Assembly (NCBI GenBank): GCA_904063045.1
Contig: CAJFCJ010000005.1
Coordinates: 2,536,165 to 2,600,164 of the forward strand
Direction of reading: 5' to 3'
DNA length: 64,000 bases
DNA from: Dimorphilus gyrociliatus
Lineage: Eukaryota > Animalia > Annelida
Shown here: positions 34,144-45,978 of the stretch, piece after piece
Position numbering within the stretch: the stretch's first letter is position 1
Layout: each line of letters starts with the position of its first letter
Notes under the pieces: generated by a model
What the model saw: the letters and a program-made list of their open reading frames with translations, nothing else
The model's database searches: none
Told to the model about the DNA's origin: nothing
Made by a program: the position numbers and the translations under genes

Positions 34144-34170
34144 TGCGCATGCGCAAAAAGTCGCCATATT
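34144..34170 (-). promoter_or_regulatory. NRF1-type palindrome plus YY1-like motif upstream of the RING-less gene
   Basis: TGCGCATGCGCA at 34144-34155 and AATATGGCGAC (reverse strand, 34160-34170), about 90-115 bp upstream of the ATG in otherwise very AT-rich DNA. Confidence 0.5.
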
Positions 34171-34450
34171 ATCAAAATTCACTTATATAAAATTTCGAAA
34201 TTATTGAGATAAAGATACATTACATGAAATATTTTTGAATTTATATATTAAATAAATATTGAATTATTAGATGTTTAAGTTATTTTTTAATTGTTTAGAA
34301 TACAATATTTAAACTTTTTATTTGTAAATTTAATCAAAGTTTTAAGTTTTATCGTTATGACTGTTTTGAGGTATAATTTTTGGCATAGTGATTAGTTTCG
34401 TATCTCAAAATCACGCTTTCACCTACGTAACTTTTTTAAATGAGAGTATG

Positions 34451-34464
34451 GTTTCCATGGTAAC
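34451..34464. promoter_or_regulatory. RFX X-box-like motif
   Basis: GTTTCCATGGTAAC fits the GTHNYYATRRNAAC consensus; target gene unclear. Confidence 0.3.
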
Positions 34465-35556
34465 AAATTATTTATTTTTAGAACTTTTCGTTTTTGGAAT
34501 ATTATTCCACTTTTTATAAAGTAAATCGATTTTGTACGTTATTATTCATGGCACAAATGAAAAGAGGACTGATAGATTTCATTAAAATTGGATTAACGTC
34601 GATACTAATTGATTTGTAGTGTGATTTCTACTCTACAGTGATCTTGACTCTAAGTGGCTTCCTTTTGTATTTGTATTTGTTATTTTGGAAAACCAATATG
34701 GATTCTAATGAAATTGTTAAAAGAGTGAAGGGGGAAAGGGATTAAGAAATACAGATATTAAATGAGTTGCAGTTCTTGCAATAGATTCTTGACAACTTCT
34801 CCCTCTGTAAACTTTCTATCTCAAGTGTGAGGAGAATGGATTACACGATTTAATAGTAACCCTCATATTTGCTTAGAAATACATTTCATTATCAAAGGCT
34901 TTTATACAAGAAAGAATTATAAAGAATTCTTTATTACTTTATTAGCACTCAAGAGCAAAACTGCAAAATAATTCTATTACAGTGAAAACTATTACTTTTA
35001 AGAAAATGTTTTATTTATTAATAAACATCTATCACTGAAAAACACTAAAATGAATAGAATAAAGTCTTATATATAGGTTTCTTATGAATATAAAAGAAAA
35101 TTTTAAATATTAAATAAGTTAAATGTAGTATAATTAACATTTCTAGAGAATATAAAAGACAAAACAAATGATGATTCATCTTTTAAAGACGTGGAATGCT
35201 TGCTAGATTAAACTTTAAATAGAATTGATTTATTTACAGAGACTATAATAAGAAGATTTTCTTATTTATCAATTCACGCTTTGATAAATAACAAAAATAA
35301 AAAGTGACAGTTTCGAAAAATCTTAAGAAATAACTCTTTAATCATTCTTAAGGAAAAATCAATCAAAACGGCCAATCTTTTGACTGCAATTGTTCTTATA
35401 TTCATTTCTTGTCAGACTAGTCTGGTGAATAACAGGAGATAGTGAGGAAGGGGGACAACAAGTTTTGGATTTTATCTCATTTTTCTTCTCTTCCAATGCA
35501 TTCTGACCTTATTGTTTAATTTCTCTAAGGAATAAATATATCTATGAGAATACAAG

Positions 35557-37092
35557 ATGGCCTCTTTTCATTTTTCCGATAGTGATGAAGATAATGAATG
35601 CGAAATATGCGGCGACACGTGGAACGAAGAAAATTTAAAGAGACTTCCATGTCAGCATTCTTTCTGTCTGGAATGCTTGCCAGATATCCAAACGGATAGT
35701 ATGATAACATGTTCTGTCTGTAATCTGAAGGTGGAAGCTACTAAGGAAGACAATATCGACTTGCCAAAAAATTTGAAAACCTTATCTACGGAGAATGACA
35801 ATAAGGATAAAAAATGCTTGAAACACAATAAGGATTTAGTCCTACCTTTGCTTTTTTGCTCAACATGTAGAACAAAACTAATATGTGAAGGTTGCTTAGA
35901 TATTGATCACTTTACGCCTGAATGTAAAGTAATAACGTATAATTCAATAAAGAAAAGAATTGAAGAATGCAAAGATGCTATAAATAGTAACAAAGATGCC
36001 GCAACTAATAACGAAAATACTCTTTTACAAAAGATTAAAGAATATAAGATGGCATGCTATTCGAAAATTGATGCAGAATTTCAAAATATGGAAGAAAAGG
36101 TGAAATACTTTTATAAAAACAGGCAAATGATTTTGAATTATTATCTTGACGACGTCGATAATAATACTATTGATAAGATGGAATTAGAGAAGAGTCTAAT
36201 GAAATTATCCCAACAGACTTTAGTTATGAAAAAGCCTCCAGAAGTATCTTTAGCATTTGAACTAGAAGCTAATTTTTCCGAAGATTCTATTGTTAGTAAT
36301 AATAGCTTTAGTAGAGACCTTATTAAATTGCAAAAAATTGACAAGTGGTTATCTCTCACATCGTTTATCACTAATGAAGGAATCTATTATCTTCGTGATA
36401 CGTGTTTTATAGCGGAAAGTAACGATTTCCTATATTTCAAATCATTTTCTGATCTCTCCAATTTAAAGATACCATTGAATAGGGACGTCAATGCATTTTG
36501 TATGACAAAAAATTATATATATGCAATAGGTGGATTGAAATCTTCTGGTGGACCATTACTCTACAGTGAAAGGACATCTCTTCAAAAACAATTTAACTTT
36601 AAAATATTAAGTGAGAAACAGTATTTTTCATTGAAAGCTATTGAATGTGAGAACAATCAAAGATATATTATTGCCAAGGATATCGATCAAACTATTTCCT
36701 TTTTTATAAATGAAAAATTCAAATGGAAATTTTGTTCTCCGTTAGCAAAATTTTTTATACAAGGAAACGGTAATCCTATAATATGTACTCAACAGAGAAA
36801 AATCTTAACATTCAATAAAAACACAGGCTCATATTCAGAAGATAATTTTGATTTTTCACAAGAAATACAAGATATATATGATTTTTCACCAAATGGAATT
36901 CTAATCTTATGTAATGAAAATACAAGTGACAAATCTACAAGACAATTATACTTATTCGATTATAATTTTAATATAAAACAAAGACTTATTACTTGTAGAG
37001 AATTTTTAGGTGCAACAGATTCAGGCCTAATTTGTGTTTCATGTTTCGGGAATAATACTGAAATAACCTTGTTTAGATTTAGTAAACAATAG
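35557..37092 (+). CDS. TRIM-like RBCC + propeller
   Basis: RING CEICGDTW..RLPCQHSFCLECL..CSVC; B-box CLKH..CSTC..ICEGCLDIDHFTPEC; propeller FITNEGIYY. Confidence 0.92.
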   Translation: MASFHFSDSDEDNECEICGDTWNEENLKRLPCQHSFCLECLPDIQTDSMITCSVCNLKVEATKEDNIDLPKNLKTLSTENDNKDKKCLKHNKDLVLPLLFCSTCRTKLICEGCLDIDHFTPECKVITYNSIKKRIEECKDAINSNKDAATNNENTLLQKIKEYKMACYSKIDAEFQNMEEKVKYFYKNRQMILNYYLDDVDNNTIDKMELEKSLMKLSQQTLVMKKPPEVSLAFELEANFSEDSIVSNNSFSRDLIKLQKIDKWLSLTSFITNEGIYYLRDTCFIAESNDFLYFKSFSDLSNLKIPLNRDVNAFCMTKNYIYAIGGLKSSGGPLLYSERTSLQKQFNFKILSEKQYFSLKAIECENNQRYIIAKDIDQTISFFINEKFKWKFCSPLAKFFIQGNGNPIICTQQRKILTFNKNTGSYSEDNFDFSQEIQDIYDFSPNGILILCNENTSDKSTRQLYLFDYNFNIKQRLITCREFLGATDSGLICVSCFGNNTEITLFRFSKQ

Positions 37093-37423
37093 TTTATTAA
37101 ATTCAATTGTTTTTTTTTCTTTTCAGGCTATTAATACAAATTAAACAGTAAAACGATACTCAATATTAGTCACTTGTTAGTTAGATATCGATTATATTAG
37201 ATAAATTAATAAAGAGAGTAATATACTTGAAAGAATTTTCTATTATAGAAAGAATATTGACATATAATATGATAAAGTAGGTGGATATAGTTGAATATTC
37301 AAGATCGCGCATGTTATAAATATTGAATAAATAACAAAGCAGAAACAGAAACCGAAAGTAAATTTTCCATTTTCTACCAATTATATAAATGACATGGTCT
37401 TAATATAAATATTTAGTTTAACA

Positions 37424-39797
37424 ATGTCGAATAAGGCTGTTATAAAGGTGAGTATAAAATATATGTTAAAATAGATTTAAATATATCTTAATGATGTCCA
37501 TCTTTCGTTGATATTGTGAAGTTTGTCAATACATCGCAAGAAAATATTGATGATTTAAAGATATATCTATCAATATGCCTAAAAAATAAATTGGAAATCG
37601 TTGACATGGAGATAATAGGACTTGTTAAAGTTTTAGTTACATTTTCGGGAACAATTAGTGAATATTATTATTATTTCAATATTGTTACCTCTAACTAATA
37701 AGACATATCTCTTTATTTTTTCATATAGAAATTGGTATGTTGATAAGGGGAATGAATTTGAATTCGTGTCCTTCACACCTTATTAGTCCTGATAAGTCCC
37801 GATTAATTGTTGAAGAATTTAAACCTATGTTCGAAGAAAATGAAATCGCAACCATTCCGATTGATGAGACGGTTTTCTGTCTCTTATTGAATACTAAATT
37901 ACCTATTACTGGGACTGATTTCAAATACAAATTGAAAAAGGATCATATAGTACTATTTGGAGATGAAGATCTAGTTGAAGAAATGAAAGATGAGCTTGAA
38001 GAATGTTTAAAATCCATTGTGATATTACAATTAGGATTACCTTTTATAGATGAGAAATTAAATAACATAATACTCTCGCTTATAAAGTCCAGTCAGTTTA
38101 ATAATGAAATTGCGATTAATCTCAAAGAAGGACATTTAATTGGTTGGAAAAAGACAGATGTTAGTTCTTGCTATGAATTTATTAAAGATAATCTAGAATT
38201 TAAAGAGTTTGATATGGATGAAGTAGAACATTTTGATGAAGAAGCATTAGTTTCTTATAATAATTTAACAGCCCTGAAATATAGACTAGTATTTAAAACT
38301 GACTCTAATATTATTAAGATAGGTGGTGTGAAAGAATCTTCTCTTTGGAAGAATATCTATAAAGCGATAAAATTTCTAATTAGATACTCAATCGAAGATG
38401 ATTTGATTCTAAAAGTCTTCAAAGAATTCTTTTTAGAAGAGATTAATGAAGAACTGAATTGTGAAACAAGCATTAAAGGGAATGATTTAATTATTCAAAA
38501 GTGTAATTTCCACAAATCTGAAGTCATTTTTTCTTTAAGAAAAAGAGAAATGAATATTCAGCAGGATCAAATTCTCAGAAAACATTATGGTTTGTATTGT
38601 GCAATATACGAATAATTTGCCGAAATATTGATATTTTAATACTTATAGGCTTAAGTGAAGTATTATTAACAAATCCTGCAAAGAATAAGTTAAAATCAAT
38701 TGAAGAAAGCTGCAAATGTATAATTTCCATTGACAACGTTAATAAAGAATCGGGTATTACCCAATATTCAAACTCTAATTCCGCTTATAATACTAAAATA
38801 AAATTTCTACTTAACAAAGACGTGAATTATAACAAAATTAAGGTTAAACACAAATAAAAACTATTATCTACCAGTTTATTTATTTTGTTTTATTCAGATT
38901 TTAGCAAAACGCGTAGATTTTAATCAAGAGAAATACATTGAAGCTTATAAACGGCTTTGTGATGATATGCGTTGTTTATGTCTGGAAAACAATTATTATT
39001 TGTTCTATAAGTTTGAAAAGGAAACTTCTGAAACTAAACTAATAAATGTATAAGTATCTTTTTATTATAAATCTACATATATATTGTAAATTAATTATTG
39101 GTTCTTTTATTAGAATTTCCGTAAAACATTAAGAGACATTTTTAAATGGGTAAAAAATTTTCGAGAAGACTCTGTAGCCATAGAATTACCTAAGTTGAAA
39201 ATAATTGGAAACGAGAATCTTATTAAAATGACGGGTGTACTAAATGAAGAAACTAATTGTTTTGTCTCTTCCTACGATAAAATAAAGGTTCATTTTATTA
39301 TTTCTTTCGTTTAATTAGTATTAAATATGTTTTAATTTATAGAATATTGTAATTGTTTGTGAAAATCAATGGATTCTCGATGAAGCAAGTAAAAATTTTA
39401 CTAAATGCTTATTCACTATAAAGTATCCCATCATAAAAGAATGGATAAGGTTTAGAATTGCAGCTATTGAAAAACGATATCTTGAGAAAGCTAAGGAAGA
39501 AGTCAGCCTATTTTTAGATATGACCTGTTCCAAGAAAGTAATAGCAAATGTTGAACATATTCCAGATGAAAATTTGAATTGCTTATTGAATGAATTCGTT
39601 ACTTACACCTATTGTAAGTTCTTGAATTAATTTATAATTATACAATATCAATATATAATTTCTTCTCTTATCATTTAGATAAGAATCTTGGTCAAATAAA
39701 GCTCGTTGGTATAACTCCCTTTGTCAAATTAGCAATTGAGAAGAATCTTAAACTTGCTAGCAAGGACGATGAGCATTGTTCACAAAATCACGACTGA
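37424..39797 (+). CDS. 8-exon RRM + KH-like repeat protein resembling the DTX3L/PARP14 N-terminal region, with no catalytic domain (~640 aa)
   Basis: Hand-spliced with GT-AG introns: 37424-37447, 37522-37657, 37729-38589, 38649-38842, 38898-39047, then three further exons to TGA 39795-39797. RRM-like DLKIYL..VLVTF; KH-like HIVLFGDEDLVEEMKDEL, KLKSIEESCKC, QIKLVGITPFVKLA. Confidence 0.6.
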
Positions 39798-39954
39798 ATT
39801 GATTCAATTCAATGTTTTTTTTTATCATTTTGTCTATTTTTTTTTTAAAAATCAATACATTTATCAATTTATTACTAAAGTGATAACACGTGATAAAGTT
39901 TTCTTAATGTATTGGTTCTAATTTAATATTAAATCACACTGTGTTTTAAATACA

Positions 39955-39955
39955 T

Positions 39956-39986
<31 letters not shown>

Positions 39987-40012
39987 CTTTATATATACTA
40001 TATATATATATA
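39955..40012. repeat. (CA)n/(TA)n microsatellite immediately upstream of a TRIM start codon
   Basis: Read directly from the sequence. Confidence 0.9.
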
Positions 40013-40023
40013 TGAGACAAGAC

Positions 40024-41538
40024 ATGGCGACCGGTAAATATTTTATTAATGAAAATGAATTAGAATGCTGTATATGTCTGGAGATATGGGTTAGAAAAGA
40101 TCCAAGAGTTCTTCCTTGTCAACATACATTCTGTTATGGATGTTTGGTTAAAACAGTAAAAAGAAATAGGTTAACATGTCCTCTTTGTCGTGTTAGGACA
40201 GTTTTACCGGATAAGGGAGTAAAAGGTTTACCAAATAACCTCTTGAAACATTCTCTAAAGTCTACCAATCACAACGAAATAGCTGAGAGATGTTTAAAAC
40301 ATGGAAAGGATATAATCTATCCAAAATTAGTTTGTTCAACCTGCAAAATTAAAAATCTATGCGAAATATGTATTGAGGACGATCATTCAAATGCGGATTG
40401 CGTTGTTAAGTCATTTAAACGTTTGTCAACAAATCTTAAGGACTTTTGGCTTAGCAGTAAACGGAGAGTAGATCAATTATGTTTGGATGTAAAAAATGAA
40501 ATTGAAAATCTAATGGAAACTGTCAAAGAGATTGAAGAATCCTGGCACATGATGGTAGATAAGAAGATTAAAGAGTTGAAACAAAAGGTGAAAGATTATG
40601 AGGAAAAGAAATTACATAATTTAAAATTAACTCTTTCAAAAATAGGAAATATCTTTATCAATGAAGATGAAATAAGAGAAGAAATTGATAATTTATCAAA
40701 AACTAAGCTAATGGCGAAAAATTCACCAAAACTCTTTACGAATTTGGATTTAGTTGAAAAAAAGATTGAGGAATTTAAAATATTCACCAAATACTTACAA
40801 ATTGGCTCATTTGAAAATATTTCAAAATCATTTTCCTATACAAATGAAGGATTATACGAATTATCCGAAAAGGATAATAGTACTTTAATCACTCTTAGAA
40901 AAGATGATACTATAAATTCTCAAGAGTTTTCATTAGATAAGCATATTTCGAGTTTTAATATTACTAAGAGCAATATTTATGGTTTAGACAAGGAGACTGG
41001 CGATTTGTTTTTATCAAGGAAACCCTTCAAGAAAGATATTATCTTGAATAAATTCAATGATAACTTTAAAGTATCTCTATTCACAGCCTATGATGATGAT
41101 AAAGATAATGAATATATATTTTGTCTTGATAATTTATCCAATTATCCATCAACTCTCTATTTCTACAGGAATAATTCTCTTAAATGGAAGAGAAATATCA
41201 GAAAGCGTTTCTATAATTTATGTATACTTTCTAATGGATGTTCGTTAGGAGTCACCGGATGTGAAATTTATAAATTTGATAAGAACAACGGAAATATTAT
41301 TGAACGTCAATGGTTAAACGTTTCCCCTTGTATTTCACTATCCTCCCTTCCTTTTCAAGGATTCTTACTAGCTGACCTACAGGATAGAAATATCAAACAA
41401 TACGATAATAATTTAAATATAATTAGCATATTTAACGTTGGAATTCATCCTATTTATTTGAAAATTACGAGCCATGGATTATTGTTTGTTCAAGATTTAG
41501 ATAATCCAAAGTTGTCCTATACATATAAAATTTATTAA
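40024..41538 (+). CDS. TRIM-like RBCC + propeller
   Basis: RING CCICLEIW..PRVLPCQHTFCYGCL..CPLCR; B-box CLKH..CSTC..LCEICIEDDHSNADC. Start set at MATGKY (40024). Confidence 0.92.
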   Translation: MATGKYFINENELECCICLEIWVRKDPRVLPCQHTFCYGCLVKTVKRNRLTCPLCRVRTVLPDKGVKGLPNNLLKHSLKSTNHNEIAERCLKHGKDIIYPKLVCSTCKIKNLCEICIEDDHSNADCVVKSFKRLSTNLKDFWLSSKRRVDQLCLDVKNEIENLMETVKEIEESWHMMVDKKIKELKQKVKDYEEKKLHNLKLTLSKIGNIFINEDEIREEIDNLSKTKLMAKNSPKLFTNLDLVEKKIEEFKIFTKYLQIGSFENISKSFSYTNEGLYELSEKDNSTLITLRKDDTINSQEFSLDKHISSFNITKSNIYGLDKETGDLFLSRKPFKKDIILNKFNDNFKVSLFTAYDDDKDNEYIFCLDNLSNYPSTLYFYRNNSLKWKRNIRKRFYNLCILSNGCSLGVTGCEIYKFDKNNGNIIERQWLNVSPCISLSSLPFQGFLLADLQDRNIKQYDNNLNIISIFNVGIHPIYLKITSHGLLFVQDLDNPKLSYTYKIY

Positions 41539-41948
41539 ATATACTTTTCTTTTTAAATTAACAGATGGCGCCTTTGTATATTGTTAGGTTTCTTTTAATG
41601 TCTAATATTCTCATAACTTTCATTGTTATATAATTAAATTAGAGCAAATTACACTCAAATAAAGGATAGTGTATTTTAAAAAACGAAAACAATAATTGGC
41701 TAGTTTGTATCGTTATCCTTTTCTTTTTCTCTTTTGATAGGCCTATACCAACAGCTTATTATATTTACAAGTTTTTCTTAATATCAAAAAGAAGGAATTT
41801 GCACAAAAGTGTAAAAATAAAAAACTAGTCCGGTTTAACAAGAATATTGAAATGAGTTTATTTTATTTTCGCTCATTTATCTGACATTTCGACTTTTTTC
41901 CAAGGACAAAGAGGTTGGGAATACCAGAATACTTCTATTAACCTAAAT

Positions 41949-44900
41949 ATGCAAATGTATCTATTGTTATTCCTTTATTTTAACATTCTAAAAGGTTAGA
42001 TAAGTTGTTATTAATTCATTTGCGATATCTATACATCTGTTTGTACAGATTCTTCAAGTTTAGATTGTCCAAATTTGCCTTCGCCTTGGCGAAGTTTTAA
42101 GACTCGATCGAAATGCTACGCTACTAGAAGTTTGTCGGTTGGAGAAAGAACATATGAAAGAGCTAAAAGTATCTGTTCAAGTGAATTGAACGATGGATTC
42201 ATTGCCGATGCTGAATACGAGTCGTTAAGTGAATTTGCGGCTAAAGGAATAGATTTTGTTTTAGACAATTTTAACATTCCTAAGGATATTACTTGGAATG
42301 GTAATCCAGCGGCTGGTTTCTTTATTGGACATTCCTCGAGCAATAACAATGGAAATATCGAACACCGATGGCTGTCTGGAAGGGTTATGACAGTAGAACT
42401 TCAGGGACCTTCGACGGACGGTCCTGTTATAGTAGTTGTTAGTTCTAACCCGTAATATAATTAAATAATTAGTAACAGTGAATCATAGATATAACTTTTC
42501 TTTACAGAGAAGTAGCCGCTTTTTATACAGGAGAACCGGAATCGAACGTTGGGTCGGTTATTTGTCAAGTTCCTTCAACATTACAATGTCCAACAAATAT
42601 ACCGTCTGGATGGCTTGGATTTAAGACAAATAAGAAGTGTTATATAGCACGTAAGCTCGATGTTAATGAAAGAACATTTTATAAAGCTAAAGATATCTGC
42701 GAAAGTATCGACGGTATGAAATTGGCAAACCTAGAATTTGAAACGGAAATACTATTTAGATTTGTTCCATTCGTTAACGATAATATTGGCAGTTTTGATC
42801 CAACCATTGAAATAGAAGGACAAACTCTACCAGCTTTCCATTTTGATTATGAAACTCCCATAAAAAATATTTTTCAATGGCCAAGCGGTAAAGCTTTAAT
42901 TGATTCGAGAATTAAGACTGATCCTTCAAATTTTCATCTTGGTCTAGTAGTCGCACAGTAAGGAATTTGTATATTTAATAACCGTTGAGCATTTAACCAA
43001 TAGTAATTGCCATTTCTCCGAAAAACAGAAACACTTTTGGCTATCTGTCTCTCTTGGAAGAAACTAATATAAGAGGAGTTATTTGCGATATGGAACAATC
43101 TTCAGATCCTCCTGATAGTAAATATATGATATAAGCAATTAAAAATCTTTGTTACATAGATATTTACTAATAGCCGCCTCAGAGCTAAAATGTCCGTCAG
43201 TTGGAGACGAATGGAAGACATTTCAAACAACATCTAAATGCTATGCCATAAAATATTTAACAACTGGGGAGAGGACATATAATCAAGCGAAATCTATTTG
43301 CGAATCAGGTTCTCTTAGTGGAAACATTGCCGATTTAGAGTATGAAGATTTGGAGGAAATTATAGGGAGATTGGTAATTCACACTAATAATGATCCTTCC
43401 ATTACAAAAGGTATAGATGTAGATGGAGTCGACAGTGCAGGATTCTTTATAGGACATGAAATAGTTAATAATGGCCAGAATGAGTACTATTGGCAAAGTA
43501 ATCGTGAAATTCCTCAATTTGTTATAGAGGGACCAAAGACAAACAGACTAATTGCAGTTGCAAATTCCAATCAGTAATCATATAATAAAATTGTATAAAT
43601 AATTGAAATATATTAAATTGGGATAACTATTTTACAGGGGTCATACTAAATTCTACACAGGTGCTCAAGAATCGAGTGTAGGAGCGGTTCTATGTGAAAT
43701 TCCAGCAGAAATTGAATGTCCGCAATTTCAAGGATTTCTACATTTTCAAACAAACAGAAAATGCTATTTTACACGTAAATTAGAAGATATTGAAAGAAGT
43801 TTTGCGTATGCTAAGCAAATATGCGAAAGTAGAGAAAATTCAGCATTGGCAAATTTATACGCTGAAACGAATTTACTATATAATCTTGTTCCACTTGTCA
43901 ATGATAATCCATCGGATTTTGACAATACGATTCTACTTAAAGGAAAATCGAAACCTGGTTTCTATTTCGATTATACTGTTGCTGCTCCAAAAGTTTACCA
44001 CTGGCCAGGCAATATAGATATAGATATGGAGACGATTAATGACTCTCAGACAAGTACACATCTCGCCCTGGTGGTAGATTCGTAAGGATTTCCTACTTAG
44101 AATTTTTATATATTCTCTATAATATCTTATATTTTGAAGTTCGTCATTCGGATATTACAGCGCTTTTGAGGAAAGTGAAATAAGGGGAGTGCTCTGCGAA
44201 ATAGACCCTTCCATACGTAAGCCTGAGTTATAGGTTTCTTTCTTTTTTATTTATTCAAAAATCTTTTAGCTGGAAATGAACTCTCCTGTCCCGATTTACC
44301 TTCGGGTTGGTATAGTTTCCAGAGTAAGAATAAATGCTACGCTACCAGATTTTTAAACTCGGCTGAGAGGAGTTACGAACAAGCAGAAACGATATGTAGC
44401 AATGAATTGGAAGACGGCCATATTTTGGACCCAGAATATGAAGATTTAAATGAACTTTCTCAACTTGGAATACGTTTTGTTAAGACAGTTACGCATTCCA
44501 TATCCAGAGACGTCAACTTGAATGGAATTAAAGTTGCGAGTTTCTTTATAGGACATAAGTCTATCACGGTTGACAGTCAAGTAGAATATCAATGGCTTAG
44601 TGGAAGACCCGTTCCGTCGTCTATTAATATTCAAGGAACCGTTAGAACATCTCGTCTTTTTGTATCAGCCAATGATAATCCGTAAGTAATTATTGACTTG
44701 TCAATAAATGAAAGGTCTTTAAACTTCGTTGTGCACAGAAATGGAGCCGAATTTTTTACTGGAGTGCAGGAATCAAATATTGGAGCAGTTCTTTGTCAAA
44801 TTCCAGCTCTGTTGCAATGTCCTGACGAAACAATAAATGGTTGGTTAAGTTTTAAAACGAATAAAAAATGCTACTTGGTAAGAAATCTAGAAAGCAACGA

Positions 44901-45978
44901 AAGAACAATGGAAAAGGCAAGAGATGCCTGCCAAAGCGTTCCCGGTATGAAACTAGCCGACTTAAGAGAGGAAACGGAACTCCTTTACCAACTTGTACCT
45001 TTGATTTTGTTGAATTCTAGTAGTTTTACAAATTCAATTCAAATTAACGGACAAATGAGACCTGGATTCTATTTTGATTATATAATATCAAATGCTAATC
45101 AATTTTCATGGCCGAATGGAGAAACTATTGCTTCAGATTACATTGATACAACACAAGGAAATACCCACGCAGCCTTAGTTGTTGATGGGTAATGATAACA
45201 CTACTTATTTAAATATGATTTATATTAATGTTTGCTATAATTTGCAGTAATGTTTTCGGATATTATCATTCATTTGCAGAGAGCTCAATAACTGGTGTAA
45301 TCTGCGATTTAGAATCCTCCTCCGGTCAAGGAGATCCACACATGCGCCATTACATTAAGAAATACGGACGTCACATCTGCTACGACCTAACAGGTAAACG
45401 CGGAGACGAATTTATCATGTATACAGATCCTTCTACAAACACTATGGTACTGGGAAAACTCCGAGACGACTTTTATTTCGGTAGTGTAATAATACAAAGT
45501 TCTTTTTACAATAAAACAATTTCGGCTGACAATTTATGGAAAGTTGGCGAATGGTTGAATACACTGTATATACGAGTTGAAGCTATTCATAAAGATGAAA
45601 TATCGCTCACTATAAAAAAGTATAACCCAACTGTGCTAATTATTACAAAAAGAAGAAATACCGCCGGTTCTAATTACGTTAATATTCGTATTGGTGAAAT
45701 GGACGAATTAAATTCCCATGGAATATTCGGTAATTAATTAATTAATTAATACTCTATATTTATATTATTTTAAAGCATAAAATATAATTTAAGGTGATAT
45801 TTCGAAGAAAAACTACATCTTTTACGAAAGTATACAAACTCATTCAAAAAGTTCAATAAGTATTGAAGGAAAACTATTCGACGCTCAACTTATTAAAAGA
45901 GATGGACAGTCTTGTTGGTTTTTATCGCCTGATGCCGCTTTTTATCCTAAAAACGTTTTAGACTATTTAAGAAACTAA
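41949..45978 (+). CDS. Secreted protein: signal peptide + six divergent C-type-lectin-like domains (A-B cassette x3) + GDPH + ITI heavy chain C-terminal-like domain; 11 exons
   Basis: Exon 1 MQMYLLLFLYFNILK (41949-41994), intron 41995-42048. Repeated CP..W..F.T..KCY..ERTY..A..IC..G.LA..FFIG..W.SG..GxV(L/I)C(Q/E/D) units with introns at equivalent positions. GDPH at 45330-45341, followed by ICYDLTG..TDP..YFG..HGIFG; last exon 45794-45978 ends ..SCWFL..DYLRN*. Confidence 0.8.

Noticed and set aside
42075-45737. Eight separate small ORFs in the ORF track
   Set aside because: They are exons of one spliced gene; phases match across GT-AG introns.
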